Assembly (NCBI GenBank): GCA_009787135.1
Contig: WRGP01000254.1
Location: forward strand, 1-42,913
Reading direction: 5' to 3'
From: Bacillota bacterium
Lineage (GTDB): Bacteria > Bacillota > Clostridia > Christensenellales > Aristaeellaceae
DNA: 42,913 bases
Under the pieces are notes generated by a model. That model had not been told where the DNA came from and did not search any database. It saw only the letters and a program-made list of their open reading frames with translations. Made by a program: the position numbers and the translations under genes. How positions within the stretch are numbered: position 1 is the first letter of the stretch; every line of letters starts with the position of its first letter. Below are positions 12,066 through 21,557 of the stretch, piece after piece.

Positions 12066-13447
12066 AATCCGTGCTGCTCATTGACTTTGGCTCCACCTAT
12101 ACGAAGGCGACCGCGGTGGACATGGACGACGCGCGGATTATAGGCACGGCCAGCAGCTATACCACCGCGGAAACGGATATCGGCGAGGGGTTGGACAGGG
12201 CCCTGGGAACACTTTTTGAAAAGACGGGGCCGCTTGCGTTTGCCGAGCGGTATGCCTGCTCCAGCGCCGCGGGCGGCCTGCGCATGATCGCCTGCGGGCT
12301 GGTGCCATCGCTGACGGTGGAGGCGGCGCGGCGGGCGGCGCTTGGCGCCGGGGCAAAGATAGCCCGGGTATACAGCTATGAACTGATGCGGGAGGACACG
12401 GAAGAGATCGCCTCCCTATCGCCCGATATTCTTTTGCTGACGGGCGGCACGGATGGCGGCAACCGCGCGAACATCGTTCAAAACGCGGAGGCGCTCGCTG
12501 GCGTGCCGGGGGATTTTCCCATTGTCATCGCGGGCAACCGAGCCGCGGCGGCGGAGTGCAAGCGCTTGCTGGAAAACAGCGGGCACGAGGCGATCGTGTG
12601 CGCGAACGTGATGCCTGTGTTCAACCGGCTGAACATAGCGCCTGTACGGGAGGTCATTCGCGGGCTGTTCCTCAGGCGCATCGTGCGCGCGAAAGGGCTT
12701 TCGCGCCAGCAGGGGCTGGTGGACGGGATTTTGATGCCCACCCCCGCGGCGGTTCTGGCCGCGCTGGAGCTGCTTTCAAAAGGCGTCGGCGGCGCGCGCG
12801 GCCTGGGCGATCTTGTGGCGGTGGACCTGGGGGGCGCGACGACGGACGTATACTCCATTGCCGACGGGCTGCCAAGCGGGGCGTCCACGATGCTGAAGGG
12901 ACTGCCGGAGCCGCACGCCAAGCGTACGGTGGAAGGCGATATCGGCATGCGGTACAGTGCGGCGGGCGTGGCGGAGGCGGCCGGCATGGCGAAACTTTGC
13001 GGGCTGTCGGGGCTTCCGGCGGGGGAGATCGAAGGGCTGTTGGCCCTCTTTCGAGAGAAGCCCGGCGTGCTTCCCGGGGCGAACGAATCGCTTGCGCGGC
13101 TGGATACGGCGCTGGCTTCGGCGGCCATGGAGATTGGGCTCATCCGGCACGCGGGCACGCTGGAGAGGGTGTACACGCCCGCGGGCATGACGTACGTGCA
13201 GACGGGCAAGGACCTGACCCGCGTCGGGACGCTGCTGCTGACCGGGGGCAGCCTGGTCCATGGCGGCAGCGCGGACAGGATAGCGCGATACGCGCTGGAG
13301 AGCGGGGACGAGCCGTCGTCGCTCAAGCCGCGCGAGGCTCGCGTGGTGCTGGACAGGCAATATATTGTAGCGGCGATGGGCCTTCTGGGCGAATACTACC
13401 CACAGGCTGCGTTTGCGATGATGCAACGGTCATTTCAAGTGGCATAA
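12062..13447 (+). CDS. glmL: Glutamate mutase accessory/reactivating protein GlmL (MutL)
   Basis: 461 aa, N-terminus [19 protein letters not shown] (ASKHA/actin-like ATPase fold phosphate-1 motif). It occupies the conserved position between the S and E subunits. An ATGA overlap couples it to the glmS stop. Confidence 0.9.
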   Translation: MKSVLLIDFGSTYTKATAVDMDDARIIGTASSYTTAETDIGEGLDRALGTLFEKTGPLAFAERYACSSAAGGLRMIACGLVPSLTVEAARRAALGAGAKIARVYSYELMREDTEEIASLSPDILLLTGGTDGGNRANIVQNAEALAGVPGDFPIVIAGNRAAAAECKRLLENSGHEAIVCANVMPVFNRLNIAPVREVIRGLFLRRIVRAKGLSRQQGLVDGILMPTPAAVLAALELLSKGVGGARGLGDLVAVDLGGATTDVYSIADGLPSGASTMLKGLPEPHAKRTVEGDIGMRYSAAGVAEAAGMAKLCGLSGLPAGEIEGLLALFREKPGVLPGANESLARLDTALASAAMEIGLIRHAGTLERVYTPAGMTYVQTGKDLTRVGTLLLTGGSLVHGGSADRIARYALESGDEPSSLKPREARVVLDRQYIVAAMGLLGEYYPQAAFAMMQRSFQVA

Positions 13448-13467
13448 CGCTGTAAAGGAGCATGACC

Positions 13468-14916
13468 ATGGAACTGAAAAACAAGCGGATGGAGGAAGGC
13501 GCCTTTATGGCACGGCGCGCGGCGGTGCTTGCCGGGTGGCCGACCGGCGCGCAGGTGGATTTGGACGAGGCGATCGCCTATCAGAAGGCGATTCCCATGA
13601 AAAAGCGCTTTGACGTTACGCTGCGGGACGCGGCCGCGCGGCAGGCGACGCTTGTGCAGCCGCGCGCGGGCGTGCCGCTGATTGACAGGCACATCGAGCT
13701 GCTGCGCCATTTGGAAACAGAAGGGGAAGCGGACCTGCTGCCCACGACGATTGACAGCTATACCCGCCTGAACCGCTATGAGGAGGCGGAGCACGGCATC
13801 AAGGAGAGCATCGCGCAAAGCAAGGCAATGCTCAACGGCTTTCCGGCCGTGAACCATGGCGTAATAGGCTGCCGCCGGGTGACGGAGGCGGTGGAATCCC
13901 CCGTGCAGGTGCGGCATGGGACGCCCGACGCGCGGCTGCTGGCGGAAATCACCCTGGCGGGCGGCTTCACGAGCTTTGAGGGTGGTGGCATTTCCTATAA
14001 TATACCGTATGTGAAAAACGTGCCGATGGACAAGACGCTTGCGGACTGGCAGTACGTGGACCGGCTGACGGGCTATTATGAGGAGAACGGCGTCTCCATC
14101 AACCGCGAACCGTTCGGCCCGCTGACAGGCACGCTGGTTCCCCCGTGCGTGTCGCACGCGGTGGCGGTCATTGAGGCGCTGCTGGCGGCCGAGCAGGGGG
14201 TGCGCGGCGTTACCGTGGGGTACGGGCAGTGCGGCAACCTCACGCAGGACGTGGCCGCGGTTCGCGCGCTGGAAAAGCTCACACGAGAGTATTTGGCGCG
14301 CTTTGGGTATGACTGCGAGGTCACGACCGTGCTGCACCAGTGGATGGGCGGCTTTCCGCAGGATGAATCGAAGGCGTTTGCCGTCATTTCCTGGGGGAGC
14401 GCCGCGGCGGCGCTGGCCAGGGTGACGAAGGTGATCGTCAAGACGCCGCATGAGGCGATGGGCGTGCCGACCAAGGAGGCCAACGCGCAGGGGCTTAGAT
14501 GCACAAAGCAGATGATTTCGATGCTGGCCGACCAGCAGTTCTCCGGCGGCAGGGCGCTTGAGGAGGAAATCGCCATCATTTGCGAGGAAACCCGCTGCAT
14601 CCTGGAAAAAACCCTGGCGCTGGGCGACGGCGATCTGGCCGTGGGCACGGTACGCGCCTTTCAGGCGGGCGTGCTGGATATCCCCTTCGCCCCCAGCCGC
14701 GTCAACGCGGGCAAAATTTTGCCCGCAAGGGATAACCAAGGGGCTGTGCGGTTGCTGGACACGGCGAACCTGCCGTTCTCGGAATCGTTGAAGGCGTTCC
14801 ATAGGGAGAAAATCGCCGAGCGCGCCAAGGCGGAAAAGCGGGACGTGAGCTTTCAGATGGTAATTGACGATATTTACGCCATCAGCAAGGGGCGGCTGGT
14901 GGGAAGGCCGAGGTGA
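13468..14916 (+). CDS. glmE: Glutamate mutase (methylaspartate mutase) large subunit E
   Basis: From the second ATG the N-terminus is [13 protein letters not shown]...WPTG, as in clostridial GlmE/MutE. AAGGAG lies 7 nt upstream of 13468. The track start at 13462 is only 1 nt from the SD. Confidence 0.95.
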   Translation: MELKNKRMEEGAFMARRAAVLAGWPTGAQVDLDEAIAYQKAIPMKKRFDVTLRDAAARQATLVQPRAGVPLIDRHIELLRHLETEGEADLLPTTIDSYTRLNRYEEAEHGIKESIAQSKAMLNGFPAVNHGVIGCRRVTEAVESPVQVRHGTPDARLLAEITLAGGFTSFEGGGISYNIPYVKNVPMDKTLADWQYVDRLTGYYEENGVSINREPFGPLTGTLVPPCVSHAVAVIEALLAAEQGVRGVTVGYGQCGNLTQDVAAVRALEKLTREYLARFGYDCEVTTVLHQWMGGFPQDESKAFAVISWGSAAAALARVTKVIVKTPHEAMGVPTKEANAQGLRCTKQMISMLADQQFSGGRALEEEIAIICEETRCILEKTLALGDGDLAVGTVRAFQAGVLDIPFAPSRVNAGKILPARDNQGAVRLLDTANLPFSESLKAFHREKIAERAKAEKRDVSFQMVIDDIYAISKGRLVGRPR

Positions 14917-15032
14917 ATACAATATGGGCGCTATCAGCAAGAATTGGTGGAAGAGCCACGGCGTGATCATGAATTTGCTGTATTTGCGAGGCATGGGAAA
15001 GTTATAACGCATTATTGAAGGGGGTCTGACGG

Positions 15033-16283
15033 ATGAAAATCACGCGTTTACTCTGCGCGAAGGGAACCACGGGCTTTTTCTTTGACGACCAAAAGGCGAT
15101 CAAGGCCGGCGCCGTAGCGGATGGCGCGACGTACCGGGGCGCGCCGCGGACGCCGGGGTTTTCCGCGGTGCGGCAGGCGGGCGAGGCGGTGTCTGTGCTG
15201 CTGGTGCTGGAAAATGGGGAAATCGGCTGGGGGGACTGCGCGGCGGTGCAGTATTCCGGCGCGGGCGGGCGCGATCCGCTTTTTCTGGCGGAGGCGTTCA
15301 TCCCGGTGATTGAAAAATATGTGGCGCCCGTGCTGACCGGCGAGGAGGCGGAGGGGTTCCGCCGCCTGTGCGTGAAGCTGGAGGACATCCGTGTGGACGG
15401 GAAGCCGCTGCATACCGCCATCCGCTACGGCGTCTCCCAGGCGATTTTGGACGCGGTAGCCAAGGCGTCCAGGCTCAACATGTGCGACGTGGCGGCGCGG
15501 GAGTACGGCACGCGGGTAGCGGAGGAAATGATCCCCATCTTCACGCAGTCGGGCGACAGCCGCTATGAAAATGTGGACAAGATGATCATGAAAGGCGCGC
15601 AGGTGCTGCCCCACGGGCTCATCAACAATATGGAAGAAAAGCTGGGCGCGGACGGCGGGCTGCTGCTCGGCTATGTGGCGTGGCTGCGGGAGCGTATTTT
15701 GCAGCTACGGGTGGACGAACAGTACGCGCCTGTGCTGCACATCGACTGCTACGGCACGATTGGGCAGGCGTTTGGCAATGAAAACTATGGCGCGATGGCG
15801 GACTACCTGCAAACGCTGGAGGCGGCGGCCAAGCCGTTTATCCTCCGCATCGAAGGGCCGATGGATTCTGGCAGCCGAGACCGGCAGATGAAGGATTTGG
15901 CCGCGCTGACCGCGATGCTGGACAGCCGGGGCATCAACGTGGAACTGGTGGCCGACGAGTGGTGCAACACGTTTGAGGACGTGAAATACTTTGCGGACAA
16001 CCGCGCTGGGCACATGATCCAGATCAAGACGCCGGATCTCGGCTCGGTGCACAACACGGCGGAGGCGGTTCTGTATTGCAAGGCCAAGGGCATCGGCGCG
16101 TATCAGGGCGGAACGTGTAATGAAACGGACCGCTCCGCGCAGGTTTGCGTGCATATCGCGCTGGCCACGCAGCCCGCGCAGATACTGGCCAAGCCCGGCA
16201 TGGGCGTGGATGAGGGGTATATGGTTGTGTATAATGAACTGCGGCGCGCGCTGGCGCTGCGCAAAGCGGGGATTGGGGTATAA
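15033..16283 (+). CDS. mal: Methylaspartate ammonia-lyase (beta-methylaspartase)
   Basis: 416 aa, N-terminus MKITRLLCAKGTTGFFFDDQKAIKAGA, with an enolase-superfamily C-terminal barrel (HMIQIKTPDLG...CNETD). Both are typical of clostridial Mal. Confidence 0.95.
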   Translation: MKITRLLCAKGTTGFFFDDQKAIKAGAVADGATYRGAPRTPGFSAVRQAGEAVSVLLVLENGEIGWGDCAAVQYSGAGGRDPLFLAEAFIPVIEKYVAPVLTGEEAEGFRRLCVKLEDIRVDGKPLHTAIRYGVSQAILDAVAKASRLNMCDVAAREYGTRVAEEMIPIFTQSGDSRYENVDKMIMKGAQVLPHGLINNMEEKLGADGGLLLGYVAWLRERILQLRVDEQYAPVLHIDCYGTIGQAFGNENYGAMADYLQTLEAAAKPFILRIEGPMDSGSRDRQMKDLAALTAMLDSRGINVELVADEWCNTFEDVKYFADNRAGHMIQIKTPDLGSVHNTAEAVLYCKAKGIGAYQGGTCNETDRSAQVCVHIALATQPAQILAKPGMGVDEGYMVVYNELRRALALRKAGIGV

Positions 16284-16333
16284 TGTTTTGAGGCTGGAAC
16301 GGAATTGTGCGGGGCTGGAGAGGAGTTTTCTGG

Positions 16334-17695
16334 ATGGCGCAAGAGGAATTTAGAATTTTATCCACCACGGCTATTTTAGGCTACGGGTTCCCCATGGCCT
16401 CCTTTGAGGCGGGCATGGCCCGCAAGCCGCACCTGATCGCGGCGGACGCGGGCTCCAGCGATCCGGGGCCGTATTATTTGGGCGCGGGCGTGAGCTTTAC
16501 GGACCGGGGCGCGGTGAAGCGCGACCTTGAGATCATGCTGAGCGCGGCGGTGGAGCACGGCATTCCCGTGGTGATCGGCACGGCGGGCGGCAGCGGCGCG
16601 AACGCGCACGTGAATTGGTGCCGAGAGATCGTGGAGGAGATTGCCCGCGAGGGGAACCTGCACTTCAAAATGGCCGTGATCCGCGCGGAAATTCCCAAGG
16701 AGACGGTGCGAAAGGCGCTGCGCGGCGGCAAGGTGACGCCGCTGCACCCCGCGCCGCCGCTGACAGAGGAAAACCTGGATGAAACGGTATGCATTGTTGG
16801 GCAGATGGGCGTTGAACCCGTCATCAAGGCGCTGGATCAAGGCGCGCAGGTGGTGGTGGCCGGGCGCGCGTACGACCCTGTGTGCTTTGCGGCCGCGGCC
16901 ATGCGCGCGGGGTATGACCAGGGGCTGGCGACACACCTTGGCAAGATTCTCGAATGCGCGTCCATCGCCGCCGTGCCCGGCAGCGGCTCGGACTGCATGT
17001 TTGGATACCTTGGGAAGGACTATTTCCGGCTGGAGCCGCTAAGCCCGGCGCGCAGGTGCACGACGGCCTCCGTCGCGGCGCACACGCTCTATGAGAAGAC
17101 GAACCCCTACGTATTGCCGGGCCCCGGCGGGTCGCTGGATTTGACGGAGACGAAATTTGAGCAGGAAACGGAGCGCATCGCCCGCGTGTCGGGCAGCAAA
17201 TTTGTCCCTGCCCGGCGGTATACGGTCAAGCTGGAAGGCGCGAGACGGATCGGGTATCGGACGGTATCCATCGCGGGCACGCGGGACCCTGTGATGATGC
17301 GGGAGATAGACGCCGTCACGCGGGGGGTGCGCGAGCGCGTGGCGGATAACTTCAAGGGCGCGGCGTTTGAGTATACGCTTCATTTCATTCTCTATGGCCG
17401 GGACGGCGTGATGGGCAGCCTGGAGCCCACGCCCGTGATAGACGGGCATGAGCTGGGCATTGTCATTGAGGCGGTGGCGGATACGCAGGCGCACGCGGAC
17501 ACCATCTGCGCCTTCGCGCGCTCCACGATGCTGCACTATGGGTATGAGGGCCGCCGGGCCACGGCGGGGAATTTGGCGTTTCCCTATTCGCCCAGCGACT
17601 TTCACGCGGGGGAAGTGTTTGTGTTCAGCGTGTATCATCTTTTGGAAGTGGAAGATCCTTGCGCGCTGTTCCCGGCGGAGCATGCGGAGATATGA
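16334..17695 (+). CDS. DUF1446 / AtuA-like family protein, function unknown
   Basis: About 453 aa from ATG 16334, with GGAGAGGAG 8 nt upstream. I assign it to the AtuA/DUF1446 family from length, the N-terminal FRILSTTAILGYGFP...AADAGSSDPGPYYLG pattern and its pairing with a small downstream partner. This needs HMM confirmation. Confidence 0.75.
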   Translation: MAQEEFRILSTTAILGYGFPMASFEAGMARKPHLIAADAGSSDPGPYYLGAGVSFTDRGAVKRDLEIMLSAAVEHGIPVVIGTAGGSGANAHVNWCREIVEEIAREGNLHFKMAVIRAEIPKETVRKALRGGKVTPLHPAPPLTEENLDETVCIVGQMGVEPVIKALDQGAQVVVAGRAYDPVCFAAAAMRAGYDQGLATHLGKILECASIAAVPGSGSDCMFGYLGKDYFRLEPLSPARRCTTASVAAHTLYEKTNPYVLPGPGGSLDLTETKFEQETERIARVSGSKFVPARRYTVKLEGARRIGYRTVSIAGTRDPVMMREIDAVTRGVRERVADNFKGAAFEYTLHFILYGRDGVMGSLEPTPVIDGHELGIVIEAVADTQAHADTICAFARSTMLHYGYEGRRATAGNLAFPYSPSDFHAGEVFVFSVYHLLEVEDPCALFPAEHAEI

Positions 17696-17774
17696 GCATG
17701 AAAAGGAAATGGGTATCGGGCCTGGCGATGGGGGTTGGATTGGCAATTCAAGCGGAATGAGGGGGTGTACTCAC

Positions 17775-18092
17775 ATGAACGTAAACCTTAAGGATATCGC
17801 GGGCATTATCCGCAGCAAGAACTCTGGGCCGTATGAGCTGACGCTGGATATACTGTTTTCCACGCGGGAATGGTACGAACGCGTGCGGGACGCGAAGGCC
17901 ATCCATGAGGGCGTGGTGTGTGCGCTCTACAAAATTCCGCCGGAGAAGATCATCAACATCGTCCACTTTGAGCCTGCGGACGCGATCAAGATTACCATCG
18001 CGCGGCCCCTGTGCTCGGGGGACCCGGGCGAGACGGATGTGTATGGCGCGCAGCAGCACGCGCCTTTGCTGAACCTGGCGATAGAGTGTTGA
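17775..18092 (+). CDS. Small DUF4387-like protein (105 aa), the usual partner of DUF1446 proteins
   Basis: The in-frame ATG at 17775 within ORF 17448-18092 is preceded by GAGGGGG. The sequence MNVNLKDIAGIIRSKNSGPYELTLDILF... matches my recollection of DUF4387. This needs HMM confirmation. Confidence 0.65.
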   Translation: MNVNLKDIAGIIRSKNSGPYELTLDILFSTREWYERVRDAKAIHEGVVCALYKIPPEKIINIVHFEPADAIKITIARPLCSGDPGETDVYGAQQHAPLLNLAIEC

Positions 18093-18228
18093 GGGTGGAG
18101 CGGCCCGCGCGGCGGGGCATAGAAAAGACGTATAGAAAAGTTGGCCATACATGCCGGCAATGAGCGTCTTGCGGGGGCTCATCATAACCCTGTATCCTGG
18201 TAAGACGTACGCATAAGGAGGTTCAGCC

Positions 18229-19152
18229 ATGCCCGTCATCGGACGCCCCACCTTGGACGACCACTGTCTGTACAGCGTATATTTCGCGCCCCGTGGGGCG
18301 GCGCGCATGATGGAGATGGGGATGCAGATCAGCCAGCGCCACCTGAGCCCCTTTGACCGCCTGATCGGAGCGGTTGGCGAGGCGGGATCTGGCAAGAGCA
18401 TCTTGCTTCGCGGCATGTTCCCGGGGTTGGAGCTGTCCAACGACGACAACGGGGTAAACGTACGCCCGCTGCCCATTTTGGACATCGGCGGCGGCGGGTT
18501 TTATGAGCCGCACACCTATCATATTGACATGCGGTTTGAAATGGCGTTTACACAGACGCACGTGCTGGCGCAAGCGGTGCGGGAGGCGCTCCGCCTTGGC
18601 CGGCGGGTCGTGGTGGAACACTTTGAACTTTTATATCCGCATATCGATATGAACGCGGAACTGCTCATCGGCGTGGGGGAGGATATCATCGTGACGCGGC
18701 CGACGATCTTTGGCCCGGAACCGCGGGATCTGGCCGAGATCACGCATCGGTCCATCCGCTACCGGCGCATGGCGCACACGGCGGAGGATCTGGCGGAAAG
18801 ATATCTGTGGGAGCCGTGCCACGGGGAATATGAGCACTCGGATGTGCGGCACGGGTTCGTGCTAAAGTTTGAACAGTGCCCTGAAGTGAACCTTGAGCAG
18901 ATGGAGGAATGGGTGCTGCAGCAGATCGCGCGCGATTTGCCCGTGTGCTATGTGGACGACGGCCATATCCGTTTTGGGGAAAAGCTGCACCGGTGCACCG
19001 GGCCGCGGATGCATGTCAAGTCCACGGGGGAGATTGAAAATTTCCGCATGCTGCATGAGTATAAGTTTGATCCCATGGATAACAAATATTTGATGGTAGG
19101 GCTTGTGGGAGAGCCCATCGCGGATATGCGCGACCTGAATAAGATTACCTAA
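18229..19152 (+). CDS. Hypothetical P-loop (Walker A) protein
   Basis: 307 aa. A strong RBS (AAGGAGG) lies 7 nt before the ATG. The Walker A motif is GEAGSGKS and a possible Walker B is RRVVVEHFE. There is a Cys/His-rich patch (CHGEYEHSDVRH). I could not assign a family. Confidence 0.7.
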   Translation: MPVIGRPTLDDHCLYSVYFAPRGAARMMEMGMQISQRHLSPFDRLIGAVGEAGSGKSILLRGMFPGLELSNDDNGVNVRPLPILDIGGGGFYEPHTYHIDMRFEMAFTQTHVLAQAVREALRLGRRVVVEHFELLYPHIDMNAELLIGVGEDIIVTRPTIFGPEPRDLAEITHRSIRYRRMAHTAEDLAERYLWEPCHGEYEHSDVRHGFVLKFEQCPEVNLEQMEEWVLQQIARDLPVCYVDDGHIRFGEKLHRCTGPRMHVKSTGEIENFRMLHEYKFDPMDNKYLMVGLVGEPIADMRDLNKIT

Positions 19153-19182
19153 TTTTTACATTCTGAATTCATATATATAGTA

Positions 19183-19211
19183 TTGACATGGCGCAAGCAC
19201 CTCAATATAAT
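19183..19211 (+). promoter_or_regulatory. Consensus SigA promoter of nrdDG (TTGACA-17 nt-TATAAT)
   Basis: Reads taTTGACAtggcgcaagcacctcaaTATAATgg. Both hexamers are perfect and the spacer is 17 nt. It sits about 35 nt upstream of the nrdD start. Confidence 0.75.
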
Positions 19212-19244
19212 GGGGAAGCTCATGAGCGGGAAGGGATGTTTTGC

Positions 19245-21557
19245 ATGATCGCCAGCATAGTCAAGCGTGACGGCCGCAAGGTGCCGTTTGCCCTTGAAAA
19301 GATTGAAGAGGCCGTGTGCAAAGCCTTTAAGGCGTCTGGAAGCGCCAAGGGCATGGACACGGCCCATGAAATCGCGGCGCAGGTGGTCATGGCGCTAGAC
19401 CGGGACGAGAACATTGACGTGCCGACGGTGGAGCAGGTGCAGGACGTTGTGGAGCAGGTGCTGATCCGCAACGGCTTCGTGCGCACGGCCAAAACGTACA
19501 TCCTCTACCGCGCGGAGCGCAGCCGTATCCGTGAGCGGAAGGGCCGGCTGATGAAAACCTTCCGGGATATCACCTTCATGGACGCGCACGACTGCGACAT
19601 CAAGCGGGAGAACGCGAACATCAACGGCGACACGCCCATGGGCATCATGCTTAAATACGGCTCGGAGAGCGCCAAGCAATTTTACGACATGTATGTCCTA
19701 AACCCCAAACACGCGCGGGCGCACCGTGAAGGGGACATCCACATCCATGACCTTGAGTTTCTCACGCTGACGACCACGTGCTGTCAGATTGATCTGCTCA
19801 AACTTTTCAAAGGCGGGTTTTGCACCGGGGACGGCTCGCTGCGCGAACCTCAAAACATTGCCTCCTACGCGGCGCTGTGCTGCATTGCCATACAGTCCAA
19901 CCAGAATGACCAGCATGGCGGCCAGTCCATTGTCAATTTTGATTATGGGCTGGCGCCTGGCGTGGCCAAGACGTTTGTAAAGAGCTACCGAGAGAACCTG
20001 TCCCACGCGCTGGAGCTGCTCTCGGACGTACCCGAGCCGGAAGAAACGGCAAAGCGGCTGATCGAAACCGTGCAGCGGGAGACGGGCATGCTGCCCACGC
20101 TGGAGGAGGCGCCCGCGTTTACGCAGGCCATGCTGCCGCATCTGACGGCGCTCTCCGGCGAGGCTGTCGCCAAGCGCACGCTGGAGTTTACACAGCGCAC
20201 GGCCATCCGCGCGACGGACCACGCGACGTACAAGGCCATGGTGGCGCTCATCCACAACCTCAATACCATGCACTCGCGCGCTGGCGCGCAGATTCCGTTT
20301 TCATCCATCAATTACGGCATGGACACCTCGGCGGAGGGCCGCATGGTGATCAAAAACCTGCTGCTGGCCACGGAGGCGGGCATGGGGCGCGGGGAAACGC
20401 CCATCTTTCCGATCCAGATTTTTCGGGTCAAGGAAGGCGTCAATTACAATCCGGAGGATCCTAACTATGACCTGTTCCGCATGGCGATCCGCACGTCGGC
20501 CAAGCGGCTGTTCCCTAACTTCAGCTTCCTGGACGCGCCGTTCAACGCGCAGTATTATAAGGGCACGCCGGAAACGGAAATCGCGTACATGGGCTGCCGC
20601 ACGCGCGTCATTGGCAACGTCTTTGATCCCACGCAGGAGATAGCCAACGGGCGCGGGAATCTTTCGTTCACCTCGGTAAACCTGCCGCGCATCGCCGTCA
20701 AGGCCAACGGCAGCGTGCAGTTCTTCTTTGAGGAGCTGGACAGGCAAATGGACCTGGTGTTTGAGCAGCTGGACGAGCGGTTTATGATCCAGGCGCACAA
20801 GAAGGTATACAACTACCCGTTTCTGATGGGCGAGGGCGTGTGGCTGGGCAGCGAAAAGCTCGCGTGGGAGGATGAGGTTGGCGAGGTGCTCAAGCACGGA
20901 ACGCTGACCGTGGGGTTCATCGGCCTGGCGGAGACGCTTAAGAGCCTTACCGGCAAACACCACGGCGAGAGCGAAGCTTCGCAAAACCTTGGCCTGGAGA
21001 TCATCGGCCATATGCGCGCGCGGTGCGACGAGCGGAGCGCGGCAAAGCGGATGAACTATACGCTCATCGCCACGCCCGCGGAGGGGCTGTCCGGCCGCTT
21101 TGTGCGCATGGACCGCGAGAAGTACGGCAGCATCGCGGGCGTGACCGACCGTGAATATTATACGAATAGCTTCCATGTGCCGGTGTATTACCCGATCAGC
21201 GCGTTTGAGAAGATTGCCCTGGAGGCGCCGTACCACACGCTGACGAACGCTGGGCATATCACCTATGTGGAGATGGACGGCGATCCGATGCAAAATTTGG
21301 ACGCGTTTGAGCGTGTTGTGCGCGCCATGCGGGAGGCGGGCGTTGGCTATGGCTCCATCAACCATCCCGTGGACAGGGATCCTGTGTGCGGCTATAGCGG
21401 CATCATTGGCGATACGTGCCCGCAGTGCGGCCGTGATGAGGAGAGCGGGCAGTTTGAGCGCATCCGCCGCATTACCGGCTATCTGGTGGGCACGCTCAAC
21501 CGCTTCAACAACGCCAAGCGCGCGGAAGAGCGGGATCGGGTAAAACATGGCGTGTGA
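19245..21557 (+). CDS. nrdD: Anaerobic ribonucleoside-triphosphate reductase (class III RNR)
   Basis: An N-terminal ATP-cone (IVKRDGRKVPFALEKIEEAV), a C-terminal Zn site (CGYSG...CPQCG) and the glycyl-radical motif (RRITGYLVG). Start chosen at ATG 19245, with GGGAAGGGA 8 nt upstream. The track ORF begins at 19188. Confidence 0.96.
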   Translation: MIASIVKRDGRKVPFALEKIEEAVCKAFKASGSAKGMDTAHEIAAQVVMALDRDENIDVPTVEQVQDVVEQVLIRNGFVRTAKTYILYRAERSRIRERKGRLMKTFRDITFMDAHDCDIKRENANINGDTPMGIMLKYGSESAKQFYDMYVLNPKHARAHREGDIHIHDLEFLTLTTTCCQIDLLKLFKGGFCTGDGSLREPQNIASYAALCCIAIQSNQNDQHGGQSIVNFDYGLAPGVAKTFVKSYRENLSHALELLSDVPEPEETAKRLIETVQRETGMLPTLEEAPAFTQAMLPHLTALSGEAVAKRTLEFTQRTAIRATDHATYKAMVALIHNLNTMHSRAGAQIPFSSINYGMDTSAEGRMVIKNLLLATEAGMGRGETPIFPIQIFRVKEGVNYNPEDPNYDLFRMAIRTSAKRLFPNFSFLDAPFNAQYYKGTPETEIAYMGCRTRVIGNVFDPTQEIANGRGNLSFTSVNLPRIAVKANGSVQFFFEELDRQMDLVFEQLDERFMIQAHKKVYNYPFLMGEGVWLGSEKLAWEDEVGEVLKHGTLTVGFIGLAETLKSLTGKHHGESEASQNLGLEIIGHMRARCDERSAAKRMNYTLIATPAEGLSGRFVRMDREKYGSIAGVTDREYYTNSFHVPVYYPISAFEKIALEAPYHTLTNAGHITYVEMDGDPMQNLDAFERVVRAMREAGVGYGSINHPVDRDPVCGYSGIIGDTCPQCGRDEESGQFERIRRITGYLVGTLNRFNNAKRAEERDRVKHGV

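Noticed and set aside
13435-15012. 525-aa minus-strand ORF opposite glmE. Similar long antisense ORFs lie at 20301-21761 (opposite nrdD), 27970-29409, 24884-26140, 34303-35550, 36136-37125 and 40456-41370.
   Set aside because: Each lies antisense to a confidently identified conserved gene. They have an Arg/His/Gln/Ala-rich composition, no domain signatures and no SD. They are typical GC-rich frame artefacts.
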